A stretch of DNA of 52,361 nt, from positions 1-52,361 of the forward strand of contig JAUWEC010000001.1 of the NCBI GenBank assembly GCA_030608465.1. The letters are read 5' to 3'. The stretch is from Chloroflexota bacterium (GTDB lineage: Bacteria > Chloroflexota > Anaerolineae > Anaerolineales > UBA11858). The notes below the pieces were generated by a model. It had not been told where the DNA came from and did no database searches. It saw nothing but the letters and a program-made list of their open reading frames with translations. Shown piece after piece: positions 18,943 through 27,524 of the stretch. The stretch's first letter is position 1. Every line of letters begins with the position of its first letter. The position numbers and the translations under genes are program-made.

Positions 18943-19365
18943 ATGGGAAACAATAAAGGTGAAACAGATCTGCAAATCCTTCTTAAGGAGATGCAGCCAG
19001 TCCTTGATGATGAGCGTATGGTGTTTTGTTCCCTCCCAACTGATAAAGCTGAGAAATATCTGATGTCTTGCCAGGGATATTATCGGGAGCAGGAAGGTGT
19101 TTCGCTGATAATTAATAAGCGCCAGGCGGATCTGGATAACCTGACCTATGAGCCGGTTTTCAGGCGTATATCCCTCATGGTTCATTCCAACCTTGAGGCA
19201 GTGGGTTTCCTGTCCAGGATCACTGAAATACTGGGGGCGCAGGGAATCAGCGTGAATGTGGTTTCTGCTTTTTACCATGATCATCTTTATCTAAAAGAGG
19301 ATCAAGCTGAAACAGCCCTGAGAATTCTGGAACTCTGGCAAAAAAAACTAATTGAGTCAATTTAG
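18943..19365 (+). CDS. ACT-domain (ACT_7-like) small-molecule-binding protein
   Basis: The N-terminus GETDLQILLKEMQPVLDDERMVFCSL and C-terminal ISVNVVSAFYHDHLYL resemble stand-alone tandem ACT proteins. Assignment from memory. Confidence 0.55.
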   Translation: MGNNKGETDLQILLKEMQPVLDDERMVFCSLPTDKAEKYLMSCQGYYREQEGVSLIINKRQADLDNLTYEPVFRRISLMVHSNLEAVGFLSRITEILGAQGISVNVVSAFYHDHLYLKEDQAETALRILELWQKKLIESI

Positions 19366-19452
19366 CTTATTCTCTCTAAAACCAACCCGATTGGGACGTG
19401 TTATAAAAGGTGGAAAATAGATTCAACACAAGATAAGAATTAAGGAGAAATT

Positions 19453-20106
19453 ATGAAAAAGTGGCAGTGGATATTTCAGATTCTGATTCTCCTGATTATT
19501 GTTGTAGTTGGCGTAATTCTGGTTAACTCAGTCCAAAACTCGATCTCTAGCCAGCTTCTTCCAATAAGGGAGATGACAAACAATCTTTCCACCCAGATTG
19601 CTGTAGTACTTCATCCAACGCCAACAATTCTTCCAGATCCAGTAACCATTGTCCATGAAATTCGGAGCCTTGCCCGGCTGGAAACTATCAAATTTAGCCT
19701 GGAAAAGATTATTACCGCGGAAATCCACCAGGGTGTCTTTGACTGGTTGATAGGAGACCGATTGATCTTTGTTGCCCATGGGGAGGTGATAGCTGGGATT
19801 GATCTCAATAAGCTGGATCCGGAGGATTTGGAGGTTAAGGGCGGAGTGCTTTATGTAACTTTGCCAGAGGCAGAGATATTTATTACGGCGCTGGATAATG
19901 AGCAATCCTATGTTTACGATCGGGATACAGGTCTTTTTACCCATGGTGAAGTTAATCTGGAAACAGAAGCACGACGTGCTGCAGAACAGGAAATTGAAAG
20001 AAGTGCTCTTGAAGACGGTATTCTGGATCTTGCTGAGCAAAATGCGATCAGTTTCCTGGATCGTTTGTTCAGAGATCTGGGATATCCAGTAGTAGTTTTT
20101 GAGTAA
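19453..20106 (+). CDS. DUF4230-like membrane-anchored protein
   Basis: N-terminal TM helix, then IRSLARLETIKFSLEKIITAE ... VAHGEVIAGIDLNKLDPEDLEV ... LPEAEIF, which matches my recollection of the DUF4230 pattern. Confidence 0.55.
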   Translation: MKKWQWIFQILILLIIVVVGVILVNSVQNSISSQLLPIREMTNNLSTQIAVVLHPTPTILPDPVTIVHEIRSLARLETIKFSLEKIITAEIHQGVFDWLIGDRLIFVAHGEVIAGIDLNKLDPEDLEVKGGVLYVTLPEAEIFITALDNEQSYVYDRDTGLFTHGEVNLETEARRAAEQEIERSALEDGILDLAEQNAISFLDRLFRDLGYPVVVFE

Positions 20107-20124
20107 AAGTGAAATAAATACACA

Positions 20125-20170
20125 AAACCGCATCCGGTGGGGCTGACCCCGGATGCGGTTTATGTTGTTG
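20125..20170 (+). terminator. Rho-independent terminator after the DUF4230-like gene
   Basis: 13-bp GC-rich stem AAACCGCATCCGG / CCGGATGCGGTTT (20125-20161), followed by the T-rich TATGTTGTTG. Confidence 0.7.
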
Positions 20171-20176
20171 ATAATA

Positions 20177-20208
20177 GGCTCCCGGAACTTTTTAAAACTC
20201 CGGGAGCC
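20177..20208. repeat. 32-nt palindromic element, copy 1 (GGCTCCCGGAACTTTTTAAAACTCCGGGAGCC)
   Basis: 10-bp perfect outer arms. 27 of 32 positions are identical to a second copy at 42988-43019. Both lie just downstream of a terminator. Confidence 0.7.
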
Positions 20209-20220
20209 GTATACTTTTTT

Positions 20221-20391
20221 TTAGAGACCTTTTAGGTAGGTTGCTAAAACCAGCAGAACAAACGCTACAACTACCAGCCAGAAAGCATATATGGATAGGA
20301 AAGGGATTGCCACAAATTTCGCGATAATACCTACGACGCCAATAACAACTGCGACAAGCCAGGTATTCTTTTTAGGTGCGTTCAATTTCAT
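20221..20391 (-). CDS. Small two-helix membrane protein (56 aa), absent from the supplied ORF track
   Basis: Manual translation: MKLNAPKKNTWLVAVVIGVVGIIAKFVAIPFLSIYAFWLVVVAFVLLVLATYLKGL, stop TAA. SD GAGGAGA lies 7 nt upstream of ATG 20391. A near-consensus promoter lies upstream. Confidence 0.55.
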   Translation of the reverse strand: MKLNAPKKNTWLVAVVIGVVGIIAKFVAIPFLSIYAFWLVVVAFVLLVLATYLKGL

Positions 20392-20454
20392 CAGAATTCT
20401 CCTCTGGATAAAAAATCAATAATCACTAGTCAATCAGCCCCAAATTACTGGCGA

Positions 20455-20483
20455 AGTATAAGGGATATCAATTGGATTGTCAA
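20455..20483 (-). promoter_or_regulatory. Sigma-70-type promoter for the 56-aa membrane protein gene
   Basis: On the minus strand: TTGACA (20483-20478), a 17-nt spacer, then TATACT (20460-20455). Confidence 0.45.
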
Positions 20484-20552
20484 TATATGCTATTACTAGT
20501 CACATATTAACTAAAATTGGTTTTATATGTGTCCAGTATCTACCAAAATAGC

Positions 20553-21935
20553 CTAACTACGACTGTCATCTTCCGGAATCACATATAATCCGGCATCCTT
20601 CATCACATAAATCAGGGCTTCCGGCTTCTCAGTAAGGAATTTATCAAGGTAAACCCGAAGGGCTTCCTGTGGGCTTCCCAGATTTGGAAGCGGATCCAAT
20701 CGGTAGACCAACCGCAGTTCATCCGGGTCCATCTCGCTCAAAATCTTAATCCTATTTTCTCCCAATGTCTTGAGCATCCGCAGGGTGTCCACTGGTTTCT
20801 GATTGCCAATTCGGAAGGTTTCCTGATTGCATTTATTATTGATAACCCAGGAAAGAGCTTCATCCAGGCCCATTTTTTGAACTGCCTCCATGGTTTCCTG
20901 GTATCCGGCAGTACCGACGCCATCCTCACAGGGAGCGAGCAGCAGCACTGTTCCCCCGGGTTTTTTGGCAGCATTCCAGGCGGCATGGATGCCTTTTCCT
21001 GCCTGGTAGAGATTTATGCCTAATTTTCCCACTGTCACAATGACCAGGTCTGCCAGTTGATTCACCTTGATTACCCGGCGATGGAATAAGATTTCCTGGG
21101 CAATCTCGTGCAGGGTGATAATATCCCCGGCATTAAGCAGGGTAATCTCACCACGATCCATTATGGCATCGATACAAAATACTGGGGTATATTCTTGAAA
21201 TATTTCAGCCATCTCTTTCATATCAGAGATGACCGGGTTCTCTTCTGTGTTTCCCATGCGGCAGGCCGGGGTAAATCCCAGCTCTTTGTCAAACATCTGA
21301 ACATGATTCGTGTTTGTTGTAATCCTACCTGCGATTCCTGGGAAGATTTGTTTGACGGTGCCTGCCACACCGGCAAAATAATGGTACTCAGAGTCTGTGA
21401 CTGAAATTATCAGGCAGGAGTCAATTGCATTTTGGTTAACGGTGATCGGTGTGCCTCTTTTTGATATACCTAAATCCTCCAGGTTGTCCTGGTCGTTGTG
21501 AATCAGGATTTGGTCCTGGAAATCAAGAAAGACCTCATCTCCCAGGATTCTTTCCCTAATTTCCTTTTCAGTTGGGGGACGATGTGTTCCGCTAGATACC
21601 AGAATTCTCAAATCATTTTTAGCCACCCCGCAGGTGGTGATTAAATAATTCAGGAGAAGGGGGTGCAGGATTTTTGTGTGAATATTGGGACGGGTATTAT
21701 CGTCTGCCAAAACCAAGATTTTTTTCCCGGAGATGGTATAGTGCGTTTGAACCAGGTCTTTGAGTGGGGGACTGTTGGTCGGATTTTCGAGAACTTCAAT
21801 CAGGTTTTCCTTAATAGAGGTGATCTTTGAAACTACCTCGGGTGATTCAATAACCTGGACATATCCCCGTCCTTTGGGAATAAATTTCCTTATAGTTTGG
21901 TCTCCGTAATCAATATTAATCTCGTGATAAGTCAT
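20553..21935 (-). CDS. LarA-family (nickel-pincer-cofactor-dependent racemase/epimerase-like, DUF2088) protein
   Basis: LVSSGTHRPPT (LarA ATGSHR-type His) and DSEYHYFAGVAGTVKQIFPGIAG (LarA H-x-x-x-G-x-x-G-x-x-K-x-x-x-PG block containing the cofactor-tethering Lys) are both present. 460 aa. Confidence 0.78.
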   Translation of the reverse strand: MTYHEINIDYGDQTIRKFIPKGRGYVQVIESPEVVSKITSIKENLIEVLENPTNSPPLKDLVQTHYTISGKKILVLADDNTRPNIHTKILHPLLLNYLITTCGVAKNDLRILVSSGTHRPPTEKEIRERILGDEVFLDFQDQILIHNDQDNLEDLGISKRGTPITVNQNAIDSCLIISVTDSEYHYFAGVAGTVKQIFPGIAGRITTNTNHVQMFDKELGFTPACRMGNTEENPVISDMKEMAEIFQEYTPVFCIDAIMDRGEITLLNAGDIITLHEIAQEILFHRRVIKVNQLADLVIVTVGKLGINLYQAGKGIHAAWNAAKKPGGTVLLLAPCEDGVGTAGYQETMEAVQKMGLDEALSWVINNKCNQETFRIGNQKPVDTLRMLKTLGENRIKILSEMDPDELRLVYRLDPLPNLGSPQEALRVYLDKFLTEKPEALIYVMKDAGLYVIPEDDSRS

Positions 21936-22125
21936 ATTTTTCCTTGATGCTGGATAAAGTTATCTTCAATTAAAATCTTACTATATCGAAAAACCAGCTG
22001 AAGGACAAGGTAATAAAAAAAAGAATCATCTTAAAGATGAAGGATGAATGCTGCGAATAAATATTGAATTGTGAGATTCGATCGGTGGAAAACCGGGCTG
22101 CGATTGTTATATCAACGAGAAATTC

Positions 22126-22734
22126 TTATTTAAGAGGATCTAAACTCGAAGCCAATTTCTCGGCCTTTTGTAAATCTTCTGGTGTATTTAGATTCAAAAA
22201 CGTATACTCGGAAGAGGTTACTTTCCGGGTTGCTTCCGGCGACAGGATTAGAATTTCAGCCTGATCAAACCAGGCGTTCATCCGCCACAGATTCTGGTCA
22301 ATCGCTCCTTTAACCAGGGGAAGTGAGGTATTTCGGCGGTAAACTGCATGGAGCGGTTCGAGACCTCTCTCTGTACTGGGTATCGCTGCATCGGCATCCG
22401 AAGCTTGAAGTGTTTTAATTAGATGAGCCATCAATGCGGGACTGGCGAAAGGCAGATCGGCGGCGATTAACCCCACAATGGGGTTTTTCGATATTGACAG
22501 AGCTGTATACAATCCTCCCAGCGCGCCGCGGTCAGGAATTAGGTCCTTGTAGAGCGGTACATCCAAGTCCCGGTAACCGGGAAAATCATTGGTGATCACT
22601 AGTAATTCTTCTCCCATTTCTGAGAAACGGTCTCGCAGTCTTTTTATTAAGGGGATTCCCAGGAATGGAAGCAAGGCTTTATCTTTTCCCATCCGGGTTG
22701 ACTTACCTCCAGCCTGAAGCACGATTGTAATCAT
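22126..22734 (-). CDS. mobA: Molybdenum cofactor guanylyltransferase
   Basis: MITIVLQAGGKSTRMGKDKALLPF is the MobA N-terminal signature. The ORF extends to ATG 22776, but the MobA fold normally begins a few residues before LAGG, so I favour ATG 22734. Start uncertain. Confidence 0.85.
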   Translation of the reverse strand: MITIVLQAGGKSTRMGKDKALLPFLGIPLIKRLRDRFSEMGEELLVITNDFPGYRDLDVPLYKDLIPDRGALGGLYTALSISKNPIVGLIAADLPFASPALMAHLIKTLQASDADAAIPSTERGLEPLHAVYRRNTSLPLVKGAIDQNLWRMNAWFDQAEILILSPEATRKVTSSEYTFLNLNTPEDLQKAEKLASSLDPLK

Positions 22735-22815
22735 ATTCAGATTATAATAAACAGCAGCAGTTTCTAGGATATCCATTTTGAATAATTTCCAGAATTCCTG
22801 GGAGAGGGAAATTGG

Positions 22816-23922
22816 ATGAGTTTAGTTGAAGAGCTTGACCGATTAACCCGACCGGGAGATTTGGGGGAGAAAGTCGACGACAACTCTGTGCGCTGTCTGG
22901 CTTGTGCTCACACCTGTCTCATCCGGGACGGAAAGCGCGGTGTGTGCAAAATCCGTTTTAACCGGGAAGGTAAACTGCAGGTTCCTTGGGGCTATGTTTC
23001 CTCAATTCAGGTTGATCCTATAGAAAAGAAACCTTTTTACCATTTTTTGGCCGGCTCAGATGCACTGACTTTTGGTATGCTGGGCTGTAATCTGCGATGT
23101 GATTACTGTCAAAATTGGCTTACTTCCCAGGCTTTACGGGAAAAAGGTACAGAACACCTCTCCGGCATTATCCGCAGGCTCTCCAGTGATGAAATAGTTG
23201 ATTTTGGCTTGCAGTATGGCGCTGAAGTCGTTGCCTCCTCCTATAATGAACCCCTCATCTCCTCGGAATGGGCCAGGGATATTTTTATCAAAGCCGGTCA
23301 GGCTGGGTTAAAACAAGTCTATGTATCTAACGGTTTTGCTACTCCGGATGTTCTTGATTACCTTAAACCCGTTTTGCAAGGCTTTAAGGTAGATTTAAAG
23401 ACCATGCAGGAGAATAATTACCGCGACTTGGGCGGCAGACTGCAGCCAGTACTGGACAGCATCCAGTATGCCCATCAGCTGGGCTTGTGGATAGAGATTG
23501 TAACCTTAATCGTTCCTGGATTTAATGATTCTCCTGGAGAGCTGTTGGAAACTGCTGGATTTATCCGGTCAGTTTCTCCCAATATTCCCTGGCATGTCTC
23601 TGCTTTCCGACCGGATTATAAGATGACAGATAAACCAAGGACATCCGTTGCTCAACTTCTTACAGCGGTTGATATTGGCAAGAAACAAGGTCTTAACTAT
23701 ATTTATGCCGGGAATATGCCTGGCGGTGTCGGTGAGTATGAGAACACTATTTGTCATAACTGCGAGTCCATTTTGATTGACCGCCGGGGATACTTGATAC
23801 GGAAATACCGGATTACCGCGGAGGGGACATGTCCGGATTGCGAAACCAGGATACCTGGTGTATGGACCGAACACCCGGAAAGGATTAACACAGCAGAACC
23901 CGGTTTTCCCAGGATGATTTAA
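22816..23922 (+). CDS. AmmeMemoRadiSam-system-type radical SAM enzyme
   Basis: N-terminal Cys cluster VRCLACAHTCLIRDGKRGVCKIRFN, radical SAM CNLRCDYCQNW, and a C-terminal zinc-ribbon-like CHNCES...CPDCETRIPGVW. This architecture is typical of that family. Confidence 0.82.
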   Translation: MSLVEELDRLTRPGDLGEKVDDNSVRCLACAHTCLIRDGKRGVCKIRFNREGKLQVPWGYVSSIQVDPIEKKPFYHFLAGSDALTFGMLGCNLRCDYCQNWLTSQALREKGTEHLSGIIRRLSSDEIVDFGLQYGAEVVASSYNEPLISSEWARDIFIKAGQAGLKQVYVSNGFATPDVLDYLKPVLQGFKVDLKTMQENNYRDLGGRLQPVLDSIQYAHQLGLWIEIVTLIVPGFNDSPGELLETAGFIRSVSPNIPWHVSAFRPDYKMTDKPRTSVAQLLTAVDIGKKQGLNYIYAGNMPGGVGEYENTICHNCESILIDRRGYLIRKYRITAEGTCPDCETRIPGVWTEHPERINTAEPGFPRMI

Positions 23923-24032
23923 CATTTAAATGGGGTACGGGGGTTTTTAATAGTCCGGTTCCTATTTCAGCTTATCAAAAAAACTTGCCCAAAGTTTAAT
24001 ATCCTAGCAGTTGAGGTGTAACTGAATGATCC

Positions 24033-25043
24033 TTATTTCTGGGATACTTGTATGCGCAGCACATGTTTATCAATTCCCCCAAAGTTGTATTTGTAGGGTT
24101 CATCTCCCCGCATAAAATCAAGTTCAGTCCTACCTGCTTCTATGCTCCATTGGATAATTTTGCTTAACAGTACCCAACCGGGAGAAATATTCTCAAACAT
24201 GGGATTTATTCCCGAATTGTAAACCCAGATTTTCCCATCGTAATCAAAGTTCAGATAACCTGCTGCTTTGATATCTCCGACAGTCAGGAATGCCAGCTGA
24301 AGCCATCCAGCCAGGAATGCTTCCCGGGCTGAGGATTTTATCTGGTTGATCATTTTGCCGGTCAGGAAAGATGCTTTTTCCGGGTTATGCGCCATTAATT
24401 CCAGGAAGCTCTCCAACTCCTGATCCAGCTGCCCTTCATCCTCAACGATATACCAATTCACAGGGAGAAAATAGTTTTCTGCCCTTCTATATTTACGTTC
24501 AATTTCATGCCGGTAGCGGTCATCCAGATGATTACGATAGTCTTCCCAGCTGCCGGGCAAGCGGAGGTAGGGAGCCGGCTGCAGCACTTCCTCTTTAATA
24601 ATCCAGTCATTTGATTCCACTGCCTTGTGAAGTAATGGTATTGTTGGAGAATCTTCCTGAAGATTGAATAAATCTAGAACCTGCCAGGCCGGGCTCTCGG
24701 CAGACTTAAGAAATCCAAATATCTCATTGATGAAACCAGGCAATGTATCTGCACTCGCGATCAGGTCCAGGTAATCAGATATTTGATGACTGCCCAGAAA
24801 CAATATCCGCTGGTTTTCAATGAAAAATGGGGCAATTCCCCGCAGGATGTTTGTTTGATCTCGGCTGGTGAGGATTAACAATTCCCCCTTTTCCCACTCT
24901 CCCCCGCCCAGTGTAGTCCACCAGCTGGTGAGATATTCGTGTCTCAGGAACGGCACATGACTTGCACTTTTTGTGAGATGTGCGTTCCATTCATTTTTTA
25001 GTTTAAAAAAATCACTTTCGGACTGAATGATTTCTATGGTCAT
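24033..25043 (-). CDS. GNAT-fold acetyltransferase of the CelD/BcsL (Acetyltransf_6) type
   Basis: C-terminal LNFDYDGKIWVYNSGINP ... ELDFMRGDEPYKYNFG fits this family. ATG 25043 has AGAGGA 6 nt upstream, so I prefer it over the GTG at 25061. Confidence 0.72.
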   Translation of the reverse strand: MTIEIIQSESDFFKLKNEWNAHLTKSASHVPFLRHEYLTSWWTTLGGGEWEKGELLILTSRDQTNILRGIAPFFIENQRILFLGSHQISDYLDLIASADTLPGFINEIFGFLKSAESPAWQVLDLFNLQEDSPTIPLLHKAVESNDWIIKEEVLQPAPYLRLPGSWEDYRNHLDDRYRHEIERKYRRAENYFLPVNWYIVEDEGQLDQELESFLELMAHNPEKASFLTGKMINQIKSSAREAFLAGWLQLAFLTVGDIKAAGYLNFDYDGKIWVYNSGINPMFENISPGWVLLSKIIQWSIEAGRTELDFMRGDEPYKYNFGGIDKHVLRIQVSQK

Positions 25044-25127
25044 TAATTTTCCTCTGTCCACCAGAGCTGGTTTCGAAACTCATTTTACCAGTATAATAAA
25101 AGCAGGTACTGATCTCACCCGGGATAT

Positions 25128-27422
25128 GTGACTATGGCTATCAGGTTTAATCTAAATATACTGCCGATTTACCGGCAAGCGGGGAAAATTGTATCGGCAC
25201 ATCCGGGATTGTTTATTGCTTCTCCACCCCGGCGTTCCCCAAGAAGGCGATCTCAGGAGCAGTTAATCTTACATCTCAAGATCGAGGGCAATGCACCTTT
25301 ATCTGAGACTGCTCAACAGCAGCTGCTTGCGAAATTGGCAGAGGTATATTTTAAAACGGATGGATCTACAACTTCAGCTTTACGCAATGTGACCGACATT
25401 TTAAATAAATACCTCCTGGACCGTAACTACAGGGCTGCCTCCCGGGGTCTAAAAGGTGTGGGATATCTCACCCAAATCGTATTAAGGGAAGATCGGATTT
25501 TATATGCCCAGTGCGGTCCCTCGTATATTTATGTTATTACTCCGGATCAGGTAAAGGATTTACATGATCCAGAACTGTCCGGAACCGGTTTGGGAGTGGG
25601 GAAATCATTTAAAGTACGCTACCACCAGGAAAATATTCAGCAGAACCAGCTGGTGATTATTACGCCAAAGCTGCCTGAGACCTGGACAACCAGCGTTCTT
25701 AAGAACCTGCCGCGGATGAAACTCAGCGCACTTGTTCAGCGTCTACTCCACAAGATAGATGATAACCTGGAGGCTGTTCTTCTGTTTCCTGTAGATGGGA
25801 ATGGGGAAGTAAACGTCCTTCACCCGAAATGGGAATTGGGCTCTGGCGCGATCATGTTGCCAGAATTGGATAAGGAACCAGAACCCGAAGCAGTAAGGGT
25901 CCCGGAACAAATCCAGAAACATCCAATTCCTTCCATCCAGATAACTGAAGAAAAGGTTTCTGAACCCGTACCAATCACGCCCCCCGGAGAGGATGTTCCC
26001 GTTGTTGACATTCCGGAAATCTACCGGAGAGATTCGCGTGATCAAGCGGGATTATCAAAACGGTTAGCCTCTAAGCTAGTTCCGGTTATCAGGGACATCA
26101 CAGAATCAAAAGTTTGGTCTGTTTTATCCAAAGCAGCCTCAACTATAGGAAGATTATTCCAGGGAGCTTGGAGATGGATACTCTCCTTGATTGGAAGAAT
26201 GCTTCCCGATGAACAGCTGTTGGATTTACCTTCCTGGATGTTAAGTTTAATTGCAGTCCTGGTCCCCCTGATTATGGTTACCTTTGGTAGCGTTTTTTAT
26301 ATCAACCGGGGAAGAAATCATCTTTATCAAAACCATTTCACAGAAGCGCAAGCTTTATTGAATATGGCAGAAAACCAGGATGACCCTGCTGCCTATTACC
26401 AATCTATCGTTGGTGCGATGAATGAGATTCAATCTGCGAGAAGTTATCAGCAAACTGACGAAGTTGAAGAACTCTATCAGGCTATCAGGTTGGAATTGGA
26501 TATCTTGGATCGCATCACCCGCCTTAATTACCAACCGTTATTTAGCAGGGGCTTGGGAGTGGATGTAACTATTTCCAGGATTGTTGTCACTCCTTGGAAT
26601 GACCTCTATATGTTAAATGAGGATCAAGGCACAGTGATTTGGGCTCAATCAAATCCGGATGGATATCAGATTGTGAGTGAATTCAGCTGCGGCCCGATTG
26701 ATGGACATATTACTGTCGGACCGCTAGTGGATATTGTTTCCCTGCCGACATCCCAGGAGGATCAGGCTACAATTCTGGGAATTGACCAAAATCACACCAT
26801 GATCTTTTGTTATGCAGATCTGAGTGAAGTGCCGGTAATATTTGAGGATACATCCTATACATTGGGCCGGGGACCAGCTAAAGCGATTACCATGGCCAGC
26901 AGCATGCCCTATAACCTGTTTATCCTCGATCCGGAAAAACGAGCCATCTGGATTGAGTATCAAAGCCAGAATTATCATGAAGGATCTGAGTATTTTGGCG
27001 CGATAGATTCACCCGAGATGGCTGACGCTCTTGAATTAGTGACCAGCGGCAGTGAGTTGTATATCCTGCACACTGATGGATTTGTCACCAAGTGCGTGAC
27101 AGAAAGACCCGATTCTAATCCTCTCTGCACAACACCGTTTGAATTTACCGATCCCAGAGAAGGTCATGAATCAGGAGCTTTCATCACTGGAGCAAACTTT
27201 AATTCATTTGCCATTAAGGGCTCACCAGGTATGGCTATTTATATGTTGGATTCAGCCGAGCAGGCATTATACCGATTCAGCACGCAGCTGGAATTTCAGG
27301 AACAGTTCCGTCCAATGGATGGGATTATCGACAGACCAGCAACAGCATTCACGATTACCATGAGTGATCGGGTTTTCCTGGCAGTGGATGACCAGGTGTA
27401 CACTGCCCAGTTAATTCCCTGA
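25128..27422 (+). CDS. Large membrane protein of unknown function: cytoplasmic N-domain, central TM helix, C-terminal repeat-rich ectodomain
   Basis: 764-aa ORF. TM segment WMLSLIAVLVPLIMVTFGSVFYI at about residue 370. C-terminal half has recurring hydrophobic-strand motifs (LYMLNED, LFILDPE, LYILHTD, IYMLDSA) suggestive of a beta-propeller. Start may be GTG 25128 or ATG 25134. Confidence 0.7.
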   Translation: MTMAIRFNLNILPIYRQAGKIVSAHPGLFIASPPRRSPRRRSQEQLILHLKIEGNAPLSETAQQQLLAKLAEVYFKTDGSTTSALRNVTDILNKYLLDRNYRAASRGLKGVGYLTQIVLREDRILYAQCGPSYIYVITPDQVKDLHDPELSGTGLGVGKSFKVRYHQENIQQNQLVIITPKLPETWTTSVLKNLPRMKLSALVQRLLHKIDDNLEAVLLFPVDGNGEVNVLHPKWELGSGAIMLPELDKEPEPEAVRVPEQIQKHPIPSIQITEEKVSEPVPITPPGEDVPVVDIPEIYRRDSRDQAGLSKRLASKLVPVIRDITESKVWSVLSKAASTIGRLFQGAWRWILSLIGRMLPDEQLLDLPSWMLSLIAVLVPLIMVTFGSVFYINRGRNHLYQNHFTEAQALLNMAENQDDPAAYYQSIVGAMNEIQSARSYQQTDEVEELYQAIRLELDILDRITRLNYQPLFSRGLGVDVTISRIVVTPWNDLYMLNEDQGTVIWAQSNPDGYQIVSEFSCGPIDGHITVGPLVDIVSLPTSQEDQATILGIDQNHTMIFCYADLSEVPVIFEDTSYTLGRGPAKAITMASSMPYNLFILDPEKRAIWIEYQSQNYHEGSEYFGAIDSPEMADALELVTSGSELYILHTDGFVTKCVTERPDSNPLCTTPFEFTDPREGHESGAFITGANFNSFAIKGSPGMAIYMLDSAEQALYRFSTQLEFQEQFRPMDGIIDRPATAFTITMSDRVFLAVDDQVYTAQLIP

Positions 27423-27437
27423 ACCAAATTTAAGGTA

Positions 27438-27480
27438 ACAAAAACAGGCTGATATTGGATGATCAGCCCGTTTTTGTTTC
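27438..27480. terminator. Bidirectional Rho-independent terminator
   Basis: ACAAAAACAGGCTGAT / ATCAGCCCGTTTTTGT stem with one mismatch, an A-run upstream and a T-run downstream. Lies between convergent genes. Confidence 0.6.
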
Positions 27481-27485
27481 AAATA

Positions 27486-27520
27486 CATCATCCCTAATCC
27501 ACCAAGGATTAGGGATGATG
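27486..27520 (-). terminator. Perfect 15-bp hairpin immediately after the PP2C stop codon
   Basis: CATCATCCCTAATCC-ACCAA-GGATTAGGGATGATG, starting 5 nt past the minus-strand stop (27525). Confidence 0.55.
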
Positions 27521-27524
27521 TTAA

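Noticed and set aside
22021-22040. Weak hairpin TCATC-TTAAA-GATGA followed by a T-run on the minus strand, as a mobA terminator
   Set aside because: The stem is only 5 AT-rich base pairs, too weak to call a terminator with any confidence.
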